Source: a virus | Lineage: Duplodnaviria > Caudoviricetes | Length of the DNA stretch: 62,062 bases | Strand: one strand, 5' to 3' | Virus record (IMG/VR): IMGVR_UViG_3300010354_000091 | Coordinates: 1-62,062 of that record | In this document: positions 52,080 through 59,276 of the stretch, one piece after another | How the letters are laid out: each line of letters starts with the position of its first letter | Position numbering within the stretch: the first letter of the stretch is position 1 | Notes under the pieces: model-generated | Databases searched by the model: none | What the model was told of the DNA's origin: nothing | Seen by the model: the letters and a program-made list of their open reading frames with translations, nothing else | Made by a program: the position numbers and the translations under genes

Positions 52080-52480
52080 TATCGTACTGTCTGGAGAATG
52101 AAATTAACTTGCTGAGGTGGAAGATCTGAACCAAGTATCGTATAGTCTATTAGGACATGATATCCATTTTGGTCAAAGTCTGGTGTTACATTAACTGAAG
52201 ATAAAGAGACTCTGGGTTCAAAGTTTGTTATTACATTTCTAATTTGATCTTCAATTTGAGTTGTAAGACGCACATCAAGTGATTCAAATAAGCTTACATT
52301 GACACTTGATCCCAAAAGTGAATTAAATGGTCTTTCTCCATTGATCGTTAGGATTAAATTTCTCAACGAACGGTTTATAGATGTCACTCCCTTTAGAGCA
52401 ATCAAGTCTGATGTTATTGGATGAGCTCTAAATGAGAGGCTAATATCCGTAAAATCATTATTAATAGTCTCTAATGGCAC
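52079..52480 (-). CDS. g25: Baseplate wedge subunit
   Basis: GTG start; NLILT..GERPF...GS and FEPRV motifs; TATAAATA at 52502-52509 upstream. Confidence 0.93.
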   Translation of the reverse strand: MPLETINNDFTDISLSFRAHPITSDLIALKGVTSINRSLRNLILTINGERPFNSLLGSSVNVSLFESLDVRLTTQIEDQIRNVITNFEPRVSLSSVNVTPDFDQNGYHVLIDYTILGSDLPPQQVNFILQTVR

Positions 52481-52511
52481 TGATTTACTCTAATACTGAC
52501 TTATTTATACT

Positions 52512-52534
52512 AAAAAGGGGGAATTTGATCCCCC
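52512..52534 (-). terminator. Intrinsic terminator
   Basis: GGGGGA-6 nt-TCCCCC plus TTTTT, immediately before the g25 late promoter. Confidence 0.7.
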
Positions 52535-52540
52535 ATTTAA

Positions 52541-52792
52541 CTAGATTTTTGTTTCAAATATTGGTTCAGTGCCATAACTCCAATCATCATAGTCATCATC
52601 ATTACGAATTTTTGCATGAATTTCATTTTGATGGAAAAAATCATGTTTTTTGTGAGTTAATTCATCGTTTGCTATCTCACGAAGCATCTTTTGCTTCTGA
52701 ATTTGACTCTCCCAACCATATTCACTTGACAAATATTGAGTTCCCCACTCATTTTTCATGAAATTTTGGTCTTTATCGACTTTTTTGGTCAT
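52541..52792 (-). CDS. Conserved hypothetical protein
   Basis: 83 aa with AGGAG Shine-Dalgarno. Confidence 0.75.
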   Translation of the reverse strand: MTKKVDKDQNFMKNEWGTQYLSSEYGWESQIQKQKMLREIANDELTHKKHDFFHQNEIHAKIRNDDDYDDWSYGTEPIFETKI

Positions 52793-53468
52793 TTTTTTGC
52801 TCCTGATTTGTTAAATCAGAACTTTTTACGGGGTTGCTATCCCGAATATTAGTGATTTCGTACATAAAATCGTCTGATGTCTCTATTTTACGACGATTTT
52901 CTACGGAATATTCGGTTAAATCTATTTCGTAACCTGGATTTTTGGTAATTCTGTTACGAGTCCATGCATCATCGTACCATAAAATCTTATTGTTTGGGTA
53001 TGCATAGAAATTTCCGTTGTCCATCTTAAAAAAATGAGCACATTTATGTTCTGGAGTCTCACTAAAGTTAGTATTTAAAGTGGATTTTGATTCCCAAGAC
53101 CAATCAAGAGTGAACATATAAGTTCCTTCGTTCTTTTCACCCTTATAGTTAATCAGTTCAGCACGTAAGTTAGCCAATCTCGAACGAACTTGAACATCAA
53201 TATAAGGAGAAAAACAATCCCACCACATACAATCTTCTAGATCTGGTGTTGGTGCATCAGGTTTCCAACAGAATGCATGTATTGGTCTTCGTGTCCAATT
53301 AACACCATTCTCCAGAAATGCCTCAAAGAGGGGTACATGCTTCTCTAAGGACGATACAGAGTGTACATCGCATAAAGTTACCTCACCATGTCCTTTCTTA
53401 TGGTTATAAAGAAACTCATTACGAATGTAACAAGTAATTGTAGGAAGATTGTGATTAAGGTATGCCAT
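52773..53468 (-). CDS. Conserved hypothetical phage protein (MAYLN.NLP...W.CFS...PNN)
   Basis: 231-aa ORF. Confidence 0.75.
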   Translation of the reverse strand: MAYLNHNLPTITCYIRNEFLYNHKKGHGEVTLCDVHSVSSLEKHVPLFEAFLENGVNWTRRPIHAFCWKPDAPTPDLEDCMWWDCFSPYIDVQVRSRLANLRAELINYKGEKNEGTYMFTLDWSWESKSTLNTNFSETPEHKCAHFFKMDNGNFYAYPNNKILWYDDAWTRNRITKNPGYEIDLTEYSVENRRKIETSDDFMYEITNIRDSNPVKSSDLTNQEQKNDQKSR

Positions 53469-53479
53469 AAAATTTTAAT

Positions 53480-53503
53480 AAAAAAAGCAGGGTTTCCCCT
53501 GCT
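53480..53503 (-). terminator. Intrinsic terminator
   Basis: AGCAGGG-GAAA-CCCTGCT plus a T-run. Confidence 0.75.
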
Positions 53504-53515
53504 CTATCTATAATA

Positions 53516-53659
53516 TTAACCTCTACCTTGTCCCCTATACCTTTTCTTTCGTCCATTACGAGAAGTTGCCGAAAGTAACGTGCGAGCTGAACGACCTTGA
53601 CGAGTCTTTTTAGGTGCTCCTGGTTCAAAAATAGTTTTGTTACTACCACCCTTAGCCAT
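53516..53659 (-). CDS. Small very basic protein
   Basis: Manual ORF, 47 aa: MAKGGSNKTIFEPGAPKKTRQGRSARTLLSATSRNGRKKRYRGQGRG; GGAGG Shine-Dalgarno. Confidence 0.8.
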   Translation of the reverse strand: MAKGGSNKTIFEPGAPKKTRQGRSARTLLSATSRNGRKKRYRGQGRG

Positions 53660-53673
53660 AAATTACCTCCTTA

Positions 53674-54420
53674 TCAAATAATACGAGTTTTTTCATGACC
53701 CACACGAATCAGTGGATCACACCAGATCTCATAGCCTTTATCCTTAGCATCGAGACAGAACGATACGTCTTCACCACACATATCCTGGACTTCTCCAGAA
53801 TTAAACTTCTGCATCTTTGGAGCAAACCAAGGATACTCAAGATTCTCAAAGACACCTTTCTTAATCAGAACCCAACCGAATCCAGTGTAATCAACTGTAA
53901 AGGGTTTCTTACGTTTCTGAATGGTCTCAAGAGTTTCATGATTCATCACACCACCATTGTTCTTGAAGTCATCTTCTTCAAGCCAGTGTGCAACGGAAGT
54001 GGTATTACCATCTTCTGTGCAATACCATCCAGACATAATATCTTTGTCATGATGAACGAGTCGATAAAACTTTTCAGTGTCAAAGACAATATCTGAGTCA
54101 ATCCAGAGTTGGTAATCGTATTCCAGTTTACCATCCCATGGTTTTTGATTTGGACCACGAAGAACATTTGCTCCTAGACATTTGCAACGAGCAAAGTTCA
54201 CCATGGAAGAATAATCCTGAGAAATTTGAATGCTTGCACCTGCTTGAACAAGATCAAAACAAAGTTGCACAAAATTCTTCAGGAAAATATATGAACATCC
54301 TCTACCAGGTAGGCAAAAGACAATGCTTTTACCTTTTACCATTTCCTTTGCAGCATCGATGTCAAAGACATCAGGATTTTTCGGAGGAGTATTTGCAATA
54401 ACAGTAAATCCTTTAGCCAT
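53674..54420 (-). CDS. Glycosyltransferase-like protein (GT-A fold)
   Basis: LWIDSD (DxD), TGFGWVLIK, GEDVSFC and VGHEK motifs. Confidence 0.8.
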   Translation of the reverse strand: MAKGFTVIANTPPKNPDVFDIDAAKEMVKGKSIVFCLPGRGCSYIFLKNFVQLCFDLVQAGASIQISQDYSSMVNFARCKCLGANVLRGPNQKPWDGKLEYDYQLWIDSDIVFDTEKFYRLVHHDKDIMSGWYCTEDGNTTSVAHWLEEDDFKNNGGVMNHETLETIQKRKKPFTVDYTGFGWVLIKKGVFENLEYPWFAPKMQKFNSGEVQDMCGEDVSFCLDAKDKGYEIWCDPLIRVGHEKTRII

Positions 54421-54443
54421 ACAATAAAAAATACTTCAGAACA

Positions 54444-54473
54444 ATTTTAACAGTCTATATAGGCACTTGTCAA
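54444..54473 (-). promoter_or_regulatory. Sigma70-type promoter
   Basis: TTGACA-18 nt-TAAAAT with extended TG, upstream of the GT gene. Confidence 0.7.
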
Positions 54474-54637
54474 TACGATGCCTCAGTATATCTTGGTGGT
54501 GATAGTTTAATAATCTCAACCTCCTCCAAGTCTACTTCATCTTTTCTAATTTTGTCACAGAGTTCATCAAATGTTAAACTGTGAGCTACTACATTATCTT
54601 TTTTGTAGATGTGATACATTGTTTCTCTTTCAGACAT
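54470..54637 (-). CDS. Hypothetical protein, 55 aa
   Basis: Manual ORF: MSERETMYHIYKKDNVVAHSLTFDEL...TEASY. Confidence 0.7.
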   Translation of the reverse strand: MSERETMYHIYKKDNVVAHSLTFDELCDKIRKDEVDLEEVEIIKLSPPRYTEASY

Positions 54638-54658
54638 GGAAATATCTCCGGAAAATTT

Positions 54659-54817
54659 TTACAGAGAAATATTTTCGATAATCAATTTGTTATTCTCAAC
54701 TTTATAATCGAGTACCGCACCTTCTTCCCATTCAAGTGTATCTTTCAGTTCGGAAGGAATGTGAATGTAAAACTCTTCTTTTTCGTCGTTGTAAATTAGA
54801 TCTGCTGTGTAATCCAT
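54659..54817 (-). CDS. AbrB/MazE/SpoVT-like small DNA-binding protein
   Basis: Manual ORF, 52 aa: ...FYIHIPSELKDTLEWEEGAVLDYKVENNKLII, matching the swapped-hairpin pattern. Confidence 0.7.
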   Translation of the reverse strand: MDYTADLIYNDEKEEFYIHIPSELKDTLEWEEGAVLDYKVENNKLIIENISL

Positions 54818-54846
54818 ATATGTTTTTCTTTTTTCAATTTATATAT

Positions 54847-54975
54847 TCACCTTGAGAATTTTACAATAATAATTCCAAGTATAACCAAAAAGATATGCCA
54901 AAATGTCTTTGGATATCTGATTAACCACCCAGCAAAAACAACCTTCCAAAAATTCCAATAGGGGGATTTTCTCAT
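54847..54975 (-). CDS. Small membrane protein, 42 aa
   Basis: Manual ORF: MRKSPYWNFWKVVFAGWLIRYPKTFWHIFLVILGIIIVKFSR. Confidence 0.65.
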   Translation of the reverse strand: MRKSPYWNFWKVVFAGWLIRYPKTFWHIFLVILGIIIVKFSR

Positions 54976-55171
54976 TTCTTCTTTCTTTTTGGTGCCATTT
55001 TTATTCCGGAAAATTTTTTTTGAGAGAAGGATATTGAGCTCGGGTTTTCAAAGTTTTATAGATTAAAGGGACCCAAAAGATTATATATCGCATCGCCCGC
55101 AGGACGGCATAACAAACCACCGTAAATCACTGCTGATCACGGATACTCAAAAAACGCATAAGACTGCCCCC

Positions 55172-55197
55172 AGTATAAACCAGGGGCAGCACAGTTA
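55172..55197 (+). repeat. 26-bp inverted repeat arm 1, flanking the 52-aa ORF
   Basis: AGTATAAACCAGG-GGCAG-CACAGTTA; 21/26 identical to the reverse complement of 55385-55410. Confidence 0.7.
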
Positions 55198-55204
55198 GTT
55201 AGAC

Positions 55205-55363
55205 TCAGAACTCCAATTCATAAGCACTGGGTTCACCTCCACCGAAACTTTGAGCACTGCCATTATCACTTACTGTATCAGCACTAAGTGACTCCAGGAT
55301 GGACAGAATTTCATTGCCAGTGTTACCTTGACGGAGCATGGAGATGAGAACTTGCTTGGACAT
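55205..55363 (-). CDS. Hypothetical protein, 52 aa
   Basis: Manual ORF: MSKQVLISMLRQGNTGNEILSILESL...YELEF. Confidence 0.7.
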   Translation of the reverse strand: MSKQVLISMLRQGNTGNEILSILESLSADTVSDNGSAQSFGGGEPSAYELEF

Positions 55364-55384
55364 AATAACGAAGAAAAGTGTTGT

Positions 55385-55410
55385 TAACTGTGTGGTGCCT
55401 AGTTTATACT
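55385..55410 (-). repeat. 26-bp inverted repeat arm 2
   Basis: AGTATAAACTAGG-CACCA-CACAGTTA on the minus strand. Confidence 0.7.
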
Positions 55411-55437
55411 CATGCGACAGGAGTGAGTGTTACTGAC

Positions 55438-55695
55438 TCAGAGATCTGCGATGACTTCGTTGAGTTCAATACGGTTCAACTTAGAGTCTTTCCACTTAAC
55501 ACCATCGGGAGTAGATTTGCAGTTAAAAGAACATGCTTCCAGTGCATCTACGAAGTCTTGGTAATCATCACACTGCTGAGCAATGCTATAGAAACCGTAG
55601 TCATTTTGAATCCAGAGTGCAACATTCCAGGTCTCATAATTCGTCCAACCGTTATACTCAGTATCGGTCAGATTTGCTTGGTAGGTGACTGTCAT
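55438..55695 (-). CDS. Hypothetical phage protein (YNGWTNYETWNVALW type)
   Basis: 85 aa; recognisable widespread phage motif. Confidence 0.8.
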   Translation of the reverse strand: MTVTYQANLTDTEYNGWTNYETWNVALWIQNDYGFYSIAQQCDDYQDFVDALEACSFNCKSTPDGVKWKDSKLNRIELNEVIADL

Positions 55696-55711
55696 GTTCG
55701 GTGGTTGTCCT

Positions 55712-55748
55712 TATACAATAGGGACAATTTAAAGGCCCCCCATGTTAG
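55712..55748 (-). repeat. Gene-junction palindromic repeat, copy A
   Basis: CTAACATGGGGGGCCTTTAAATTGTCCCTATTGTATA. Confidence 0.92.
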
Positions 55749-55916
55749 TTACTCTACCTGCTGCAACCTATCAACAAACTCATCCAAATATTCAGTAGGA
55801 TCATGACCTAACTGTGCGACCCTTTCTAACTCATTGAAGATCGTTGTTAAGTGTTTATAAAAGGGCACACGCATTCTGTCAGTTTTGCCCAGATATTTGT
55901 AGTTTGGAGGTCTCAT
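55749..55916 (-). CDS. Small putative DNA-binding protein (ribbon-helix-helix-like), 55 aa
   Basis: Manual ORF: MRPPNYKYLGKTDRMRVPFYKHLTTIFNELERVAQLG...; the RHH call is inference. Confidence 0.65.
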   Translation of the reverse strand: MRPPNYKYLGKTDRMRVPFYKHLTTIFNELERVAQLGHDPTEYLDEFVDRLQQVE

Positions 55917-55966
55917 AGTTTTGTCCCAAAATACCCCTGATATTTATACCTTTTTGGGACAAAACT
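55917..55966 (-). promoter_or_regulatory. Late promoter TATAAATA (55941-55948) inside a perfect 15-bp inverted repeat
   Basis: AGTTTTGTCCCAAAA-20 nt-TTTTGGGACAAAACT; one arm abuts the ATG at 55916. Confidence 0.8.
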
Positions 55967-55980
55967 CAAAACCCTTGGTA

Positions 55981-56196
55981 TCACTCAAAAACGTCACAGT
56001 AGATGTCATAAAGTTCTCGAAGTTTGTCCTCTGAATAGATTACCAACTGTGCGAGTTCTTCAGATGTAATGGTGACAGGATCTTCACCCGCCCACTGAAT
56101 CAAATCACGCAGACAGATTGATTCAGCAACTGTGTCTCCATTAAAGATCTCTTCTAGGAGAAACTGTGATTCTTCAGTAATGCTCTGAGTGACCAT
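55981..56196 (-). CDS. Hypothetical acidic protein, 71 aa
   Basis: ORF track; AAGG Shine-Dalgarno and a sigma70 promoter upstream. Confidence 0.7.
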   Translation of the reverse strand: MVTQSITEESQFLLEEIFNGDTVAESICLRDLIQWAGEDPVTITSEELAQLVIYSEDKLRELYDIYCDVFE

Positions 56197-56220
56197 TGAT
56201 TAACCTTTGAGTGCTTTGTT

Positions 56221-56250
56221 AGTATATATCGGGAGGGTTGTATTTGTCAA
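56221..56250 (-). promoter_or_regulatory. Sigma70-type promoter (leftward)
   Basis: TTGACA-18 nt-TATACT. Confidence 0.7.
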
Positions 56251-56298
56251 GGGGTTTATGAGGTCTTCTGTGCGGTCCTGGGAGTGTCTCTGAGGGGG

Positions 56299-56327
56299 TT
56301 GCATTTCTCTGAGGTTTGTGTTATAAT
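56299..56327 (+). promoter_or_regulatory. Sigma70-type promoter (rightward)
   Basis: TTGCAT-17 nt-TATAAT with extended TGn. Confidence 0.75.
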
Positions 56328-56406
56328 GCGCGCACTTTAATCACCACCAAACTACACAAAATTAACCTTTTCAAAATAAATATCACAAAGAAGCACTTTC
56401 ATCATT

Positions 56407-57171
56407 TTGGCATACATTTACTCCATAACAAACAATATAAATCAAAAGCAATACATTGGTTTAACACGCCAGGCAAATCCTTATGATAGATGGAAACAAC
56501 ATTTAGAAGATAGTAAGTATAACTCACAAAGTCCTATTCATCGTGCCATTCGTAAATACGGAACGCAGAACTTTAAGTTTAGAGTTCTTGAAGAATGTGC
56601 AGACAATAAGGTAGAAGAAAGAGAGATACATTACATTGCAAAGTGTAATTCATTTTATGAAGGATACAATGCTACTTTAGGTGGAAACATTCGTTATGAT
56701 ACAGATGCAAAACCCATAACACAATATACTAAAAAAGGAGAAAAGATAAGAGACTTTGCATCACTTAGAGATGCAGCAGAGTTTATAGACAAAGAACAAA
56801 GTGCAATCAGTAGATGTGCCAATGGTGAAAGATTTTCTGCTTATGGGTATAGATGGAGTTGGAAAGGTGACAAATTACCTTTACTTCAAAAGAGCAAGTA
56901 TTGTTGTCCTTATTATGGTTACAATAATAAAGGTGAGTATAAGGAATGGGCCTCAAGTGTGGAAGCTGCAAAAGAAATTAAGTGTGACAGAAGAAGTATA
57001 ACATCATCTGCAAATAGTAAGAAAGAAAATAAACTTCAATGTCGTGGGTGGTATGTATTCAAAATGAGTGATGGTAAGATAGATTTTGATGAAATTACTT
57101 TTGCAAAAAAGTATAGACCAACAAGTGAAAAGGCACGAGAAATGGTAAAAATTAGATGCCAAAAAACATAA
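56407..57171 (+). CDS. GIY-YIG homing endonuclease with NUMOD1-like repeats
   Basis: YIYSITN...YIGLT...RW..H, E.HYI...GYN.T.GG, and QYT..GE.IR.F.S..AA motifs; TTG start. Confidence 0.9.
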   Translation: MAYIYSITNNINQKQYIGLTRQANPYDRWKQHLEDSKYNSQSPIHRAIRKYGTQNFKFRVLEECADNKVEEREIHYIAKCNSFYEGYNATLGGNIRYDTDAKPITQYTKKGEKIRDFASLRDAAEFIDKEQSAISRCANGERFSAYGYRWSWKGDKLPLLQKSKYCCPYYGYNNKGEYKEWASSVEAAKEIKCDRRSITSSANSKKENKLQCRGWYVFKMSDGKIDFDEITFAKKYRPTSEKAREMVKIRCQKT

Positions 57172-57196
57172 AAAAAAGAGGGACACCACTCCCTCT
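57170..57196 (-). terminator. Intrinsic terminator between convergent units
   Basis: AGAGGGA-6 nt-TCCCTCT with a long T-run on the minus strand. Confidence 0.75.
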
Positions 57197-57289
57197 CTTA
57201 TACCCAACCACTTTGACTTTTAGAAGAATTATCTACACTTACAAAGTCACTTTCTTTTTGTAGATGAGGCTAACTTCTTCCTCATTAAA

Positions 57290-57418
57290 TTACACTAATT
57301 CAGCAGGACTTCCACAAGAACGATAAAACTCAATCATCCGTTTTGCTTCATCTAATGTAGAGAAACTTTGCGTTCTCCATTGTTGCTGATAAGGTGTAAA
57401 GTATCGGATGGTGAACAT
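57290..57418 (-). CDS. Hypothetical protein, 42 aa
   Basis: Manual ORF: MFTIRYFTPYQQQWRTQSFSTLDEAKRMIEFYRSCGSPAELV. Confidence 0.7.
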   Translation of the reverse strand: MFTIRYFTPYQQQWRTQSFSTLDEAKRMIEFYRSCGSPAELV

Positions 57419-57430
57419 TTTAGTTTTGAT

Positions 57431-57622
57431 TCAATTAGAGTGAAGAATGTCTAGCATTTGTTGGTGATAGTGGTCTGCCTCACGAACTACATTTGCTGCC
57501 TCTGATACATCTTCAATCTCATACTTTGTCATCTCCAGAGAGTGAATCACATTAGAGAGAAGTTCAGTCAGAGCATCAATCTTGTCTGTATCAGTCATCT
57601 TGTGAGTTGTGGTTGTGCTCAT
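57431..57622 (-). CDS. Hypothetical protein, 63 aa
   Basis: First ATG is the last 3 nt of repeat copy B; alternative ATG 8 codons downstream. Confidence 0.75.
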   Translation of the reverse strand: MSTTTTHKMTDTDKIDALTELLSNVIHSLEMTKYEIEDVSEAANVVREADHYHQQMLDILHSN

Positions 57623-57650
57623 ACTACAGGGACAATTTGAAGGCCCCCAC
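57620..57650 (-). repeat. Gene-junction palindromic repeat, copy B
   Basis: GTGGGGGCCTTCAAATTGTCCCTGTAGTATG. Confidence 0.92.
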
Positions 57651-57669
57651 CCTTGTTTGCTTTCTAAAA

Positions 57670-57690
57670 TGTAGTATAATAAATACTACA
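57670..57690 (+). promoter_or_regulatory. Late promoter (TAATAAATA) embedded in an 8-bp palindrome, upstream of the HNH gene
   Basis: TGTAGTAT-AATAA-ATACTACA. Confidence 0.7.
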
Positions 57691-57704
57691 AAGTTAGGTA
57701 CTTA

Positions 57705-58202
57705 ATGATGAAAGAACATCCAATCTACAATAACATTTTAGTCGATGAAGATGGAAGCATTTATAGTACAGGAAAGAACTACAAATCACCTCGCAAACTG
57801 AAAGAAAGTTTAGATGAAAGAGGTTATGCAAGAGTGAGAGTACAAGTTGGATTGTATAATCAAAAGTTGAGAGCAGTACATAGATTAGTAGCAGAAACTT
57901 ACTTGCCCAATCCAAACAATCTAAGTGATGTTCATCATAAGGATGACAACCCAAGAAATAACAATTTGGATAATTTAGAGTGGGTCAGTCATAAACAAAA
58001 TTGTGAACTTTCAAGAGATAACATAGGAAGGAACAAAGCAGCAGAATGGAAGATCTTGCATATAGAAAGTAAAGAAACCTTTGTGATAAAGAACCTCGCT
58101 AAATGGTGTGAAGAAAATAATCTTAATAGATCAAATCTTCATAAGACATTAACAAAGGTAAATCACCACAAAGGTTATAAGATCTTAGAGAAACTCAATT
58201 AA
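57705..58202 (+). CDS. HNH homing endonuclease (I-HmuI/NUMOD4-like)
   Basis: VHRLVAETYLPNPNNLSDVHHKDDNPRNNNLDNLEWVSHKQN. Confidence 0.92.
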   Translation: MMKEHPIYNNILVDEDGSIYSTGKNYKSPRKLKESLDERGYARVRVQVGLYNQKLRAVHRLVAETYLPNPNNLSDVHHKDDNPRNNNLDNLEWVSHKQNCELSRDNIGRNKAAEWKILHIESKETFVIKNLAKWCEENNLNRSNLHKTLTKVNHHKGYKILEKLN

Positions 58203-58509
58203 GTCTCATACCACTGAAGAAGGGGATTGTCTGTCCATTATAAACAATGAACCACTCAAAGTTCTTGGAGAAAATCCTTTCACCTTCCATACCAAATGCT
58301 TGAAGAAGTGAGTTAATTCTGCTTTTAGTTGTAGCAGAACGCCAACCACCATCGAACAATTCCATCCAGGTTTCGCCAATGCGAGCAATCAGATTTCCGT
58401 GCAAATAAACATCAGAAACGTTACTGCAAGAGATAACTTCAGAGTTTGCAATCTTCAGATCTTTGTTGTCTTTGATTGCTTCGATGATTTGCTTTTCAAT
58501 CTTACGCAT
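58195..58509 (-). CDS. Hypothetical phage protein (MRKIE...VYLHGNLIA...TTKSRIN)
   Basis: 104 aa; downstream of repeat copy C. Confidence 0.8.
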   Translation of the reverse strand: MRKIEKQIIEAIKDNKDLKIANSEVISCSNVSDVYLHGNLIARIGETWMELFDGGWRSATTKSRINSLLQAFGMEGERIFSKNFEWFIVYNGQTIPFFSGMRLN

Positions 58510-58528
58510 TGTGGTTTGGGGTTGTGGT

Positions 58529-58563
58529 TACACTATAGGGGCAATTTGAAGGCCCCCATGTTT
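58529..58563 (-). repeat. Gene-junction palindromic repeat, copy C
   Basis: AAACATGGGGGCCTTCAAATTGCCCCTATAGTGTA. Confidence 0.92.
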
Positions 58564-58566
58564 GTG

Positions 58567-58704
58567 TTAGCAATAGATGTCAGGTCCAGTTACATCGCAA
58601 AACTCAAGCAGAAAGTAATCAATACTTACACCAACTTCTTGTGCTTCAGTATAAAACTCTTGGTATTGTTCACCGTTGAGAATAAAGAAATCAGTTTCAA
58701 TCAT
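58567..58704 (-). CDS. Hypothetical acidic protein, 45 aa
   Basis: Manual ORF: MIETDFFILNGEQYQEFYTEAQEVGVSIDYFLLEFCDVTGPDIYC. Confidence 0.7.
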   Translation of the reverse strand: MIETDFFILNGEQYQEFYTEAQEVGVSIDYFLLEFCDVTGPDIYC

Positions 58705-58825
58705 GAGGGGCAATGATGTCTGCTATGGTGTGTAATGTTTGGGAAGTAGTGTTACGAACTCCTGGTGAGAGAGTTAATGCAACGACAAAGATTAACAGAA
58801 TTGTTTTCACTTTCTGTCGTCTCAT
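58697..58825 (-). CDS. Small membrane or signal-peptide protein, 42 aa
   Basis: Manual ORF: MRRQKVKTILLIFVVALTLSPGVRNTTSQTLHTIADIIAPHD. Confidence 0.65.
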   Translation of the reverse strand: MRRQKVKTILLIFVVALTLSPGVRNTTSQTLHTIADIIAPHD

Positions 58826-59056
58826 TCAATCGAATCGAGAGGATACATCAGGACCAGGATTCTCAAGGTGTGCAACACTATCTGCTACACCTTCAGCAGT
58901 TAGTGCAAACTGTACTTTCTGACCGTTGTAGTAAATGTCAAAGACAGATTGAACATAAGGTGTCAGATTGCCTTCAGAATCCCATGCATTTCGTGTATGG
59001 GAAGTCTCAACGATTTCGTAGACTTTAGAGGTGAGAGGTGAAGTGTAGGTCATCAT
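58826..59056 (-). CDS. Hypothetical protein, 76 aa
   Basis: ATG is the end of repeat copy D. Confidence 0.75.
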   Translation of the reverse strand: MMTYTSPLTSKVYEIVETSHTRNAWDSEGNLTPYVQSVFDIYYNGQKVQFALTAEGVADSVAHLENPGPDVSSRFD

Positions 59057-59089
59057 ACTATAGGTGCAATTTCAAGGCCCCCATGTTAG
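59054..59089 (-). repeat. Gene-junction palindromic repeat, copy D
   Basis: CTAACATGGGGGCCTTGAAATTGCACCTATAGTATG. Confidence 0.93.
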
Positions 59090-59095
59090 CAACTC

Positions 59096-59275
59096 TTACA
59101 GTCCGTTGAAGTATTCGTGAAGTTCTGAAAAGTATTGCTCTTTAGTCTCAAAATGACGCCCATAAATGTCACAAGGGAACGTGTGCTTTTGAAACATCGT
59201 AGATGCAACTTTTATATCTTGTTCATCATAACCCATCTCAATCAGTGTTTGAACGTAAGGATTAGTGTGTGTCAT
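59096..59275 (-). CDS. Hypothetical protein, 59 aa
   Basis: Start reassigned to ATG 59275 (MTHTNPYVQTLIEMGY), right after the upstream stop. Confidence 0.75.
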   Translation of the reverse strand: MTHTNPYVQTLIEMGYDEQDIKVASTMFQKHTFPCDIYGRHFETKEQYFSELHEYFNGL

Positions 59276-59276
59276 T

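Noticed and set aside
53455-53649. 64-aa ORF from the track
   Set aside because: It overlaps a better frame (53516-53659, with GGAGG Shine-Dalgarno) and runs through a terminator.
58531-58540. T7 promoter-like CACTATAGGG on the plus strand
   Set aside because: The upstream T7 specificity bases are absent, it points away from the adjacent gene, and it arises from the palindromic CTATAG core of the repeat.
59054-59089. Classical integron attC sites (TAAC near the stop codon)
   Set aside because: The element is only ~35 bp, has no matching GTTRRRY end, and no integrase is in the window. Kept only as an analogy.
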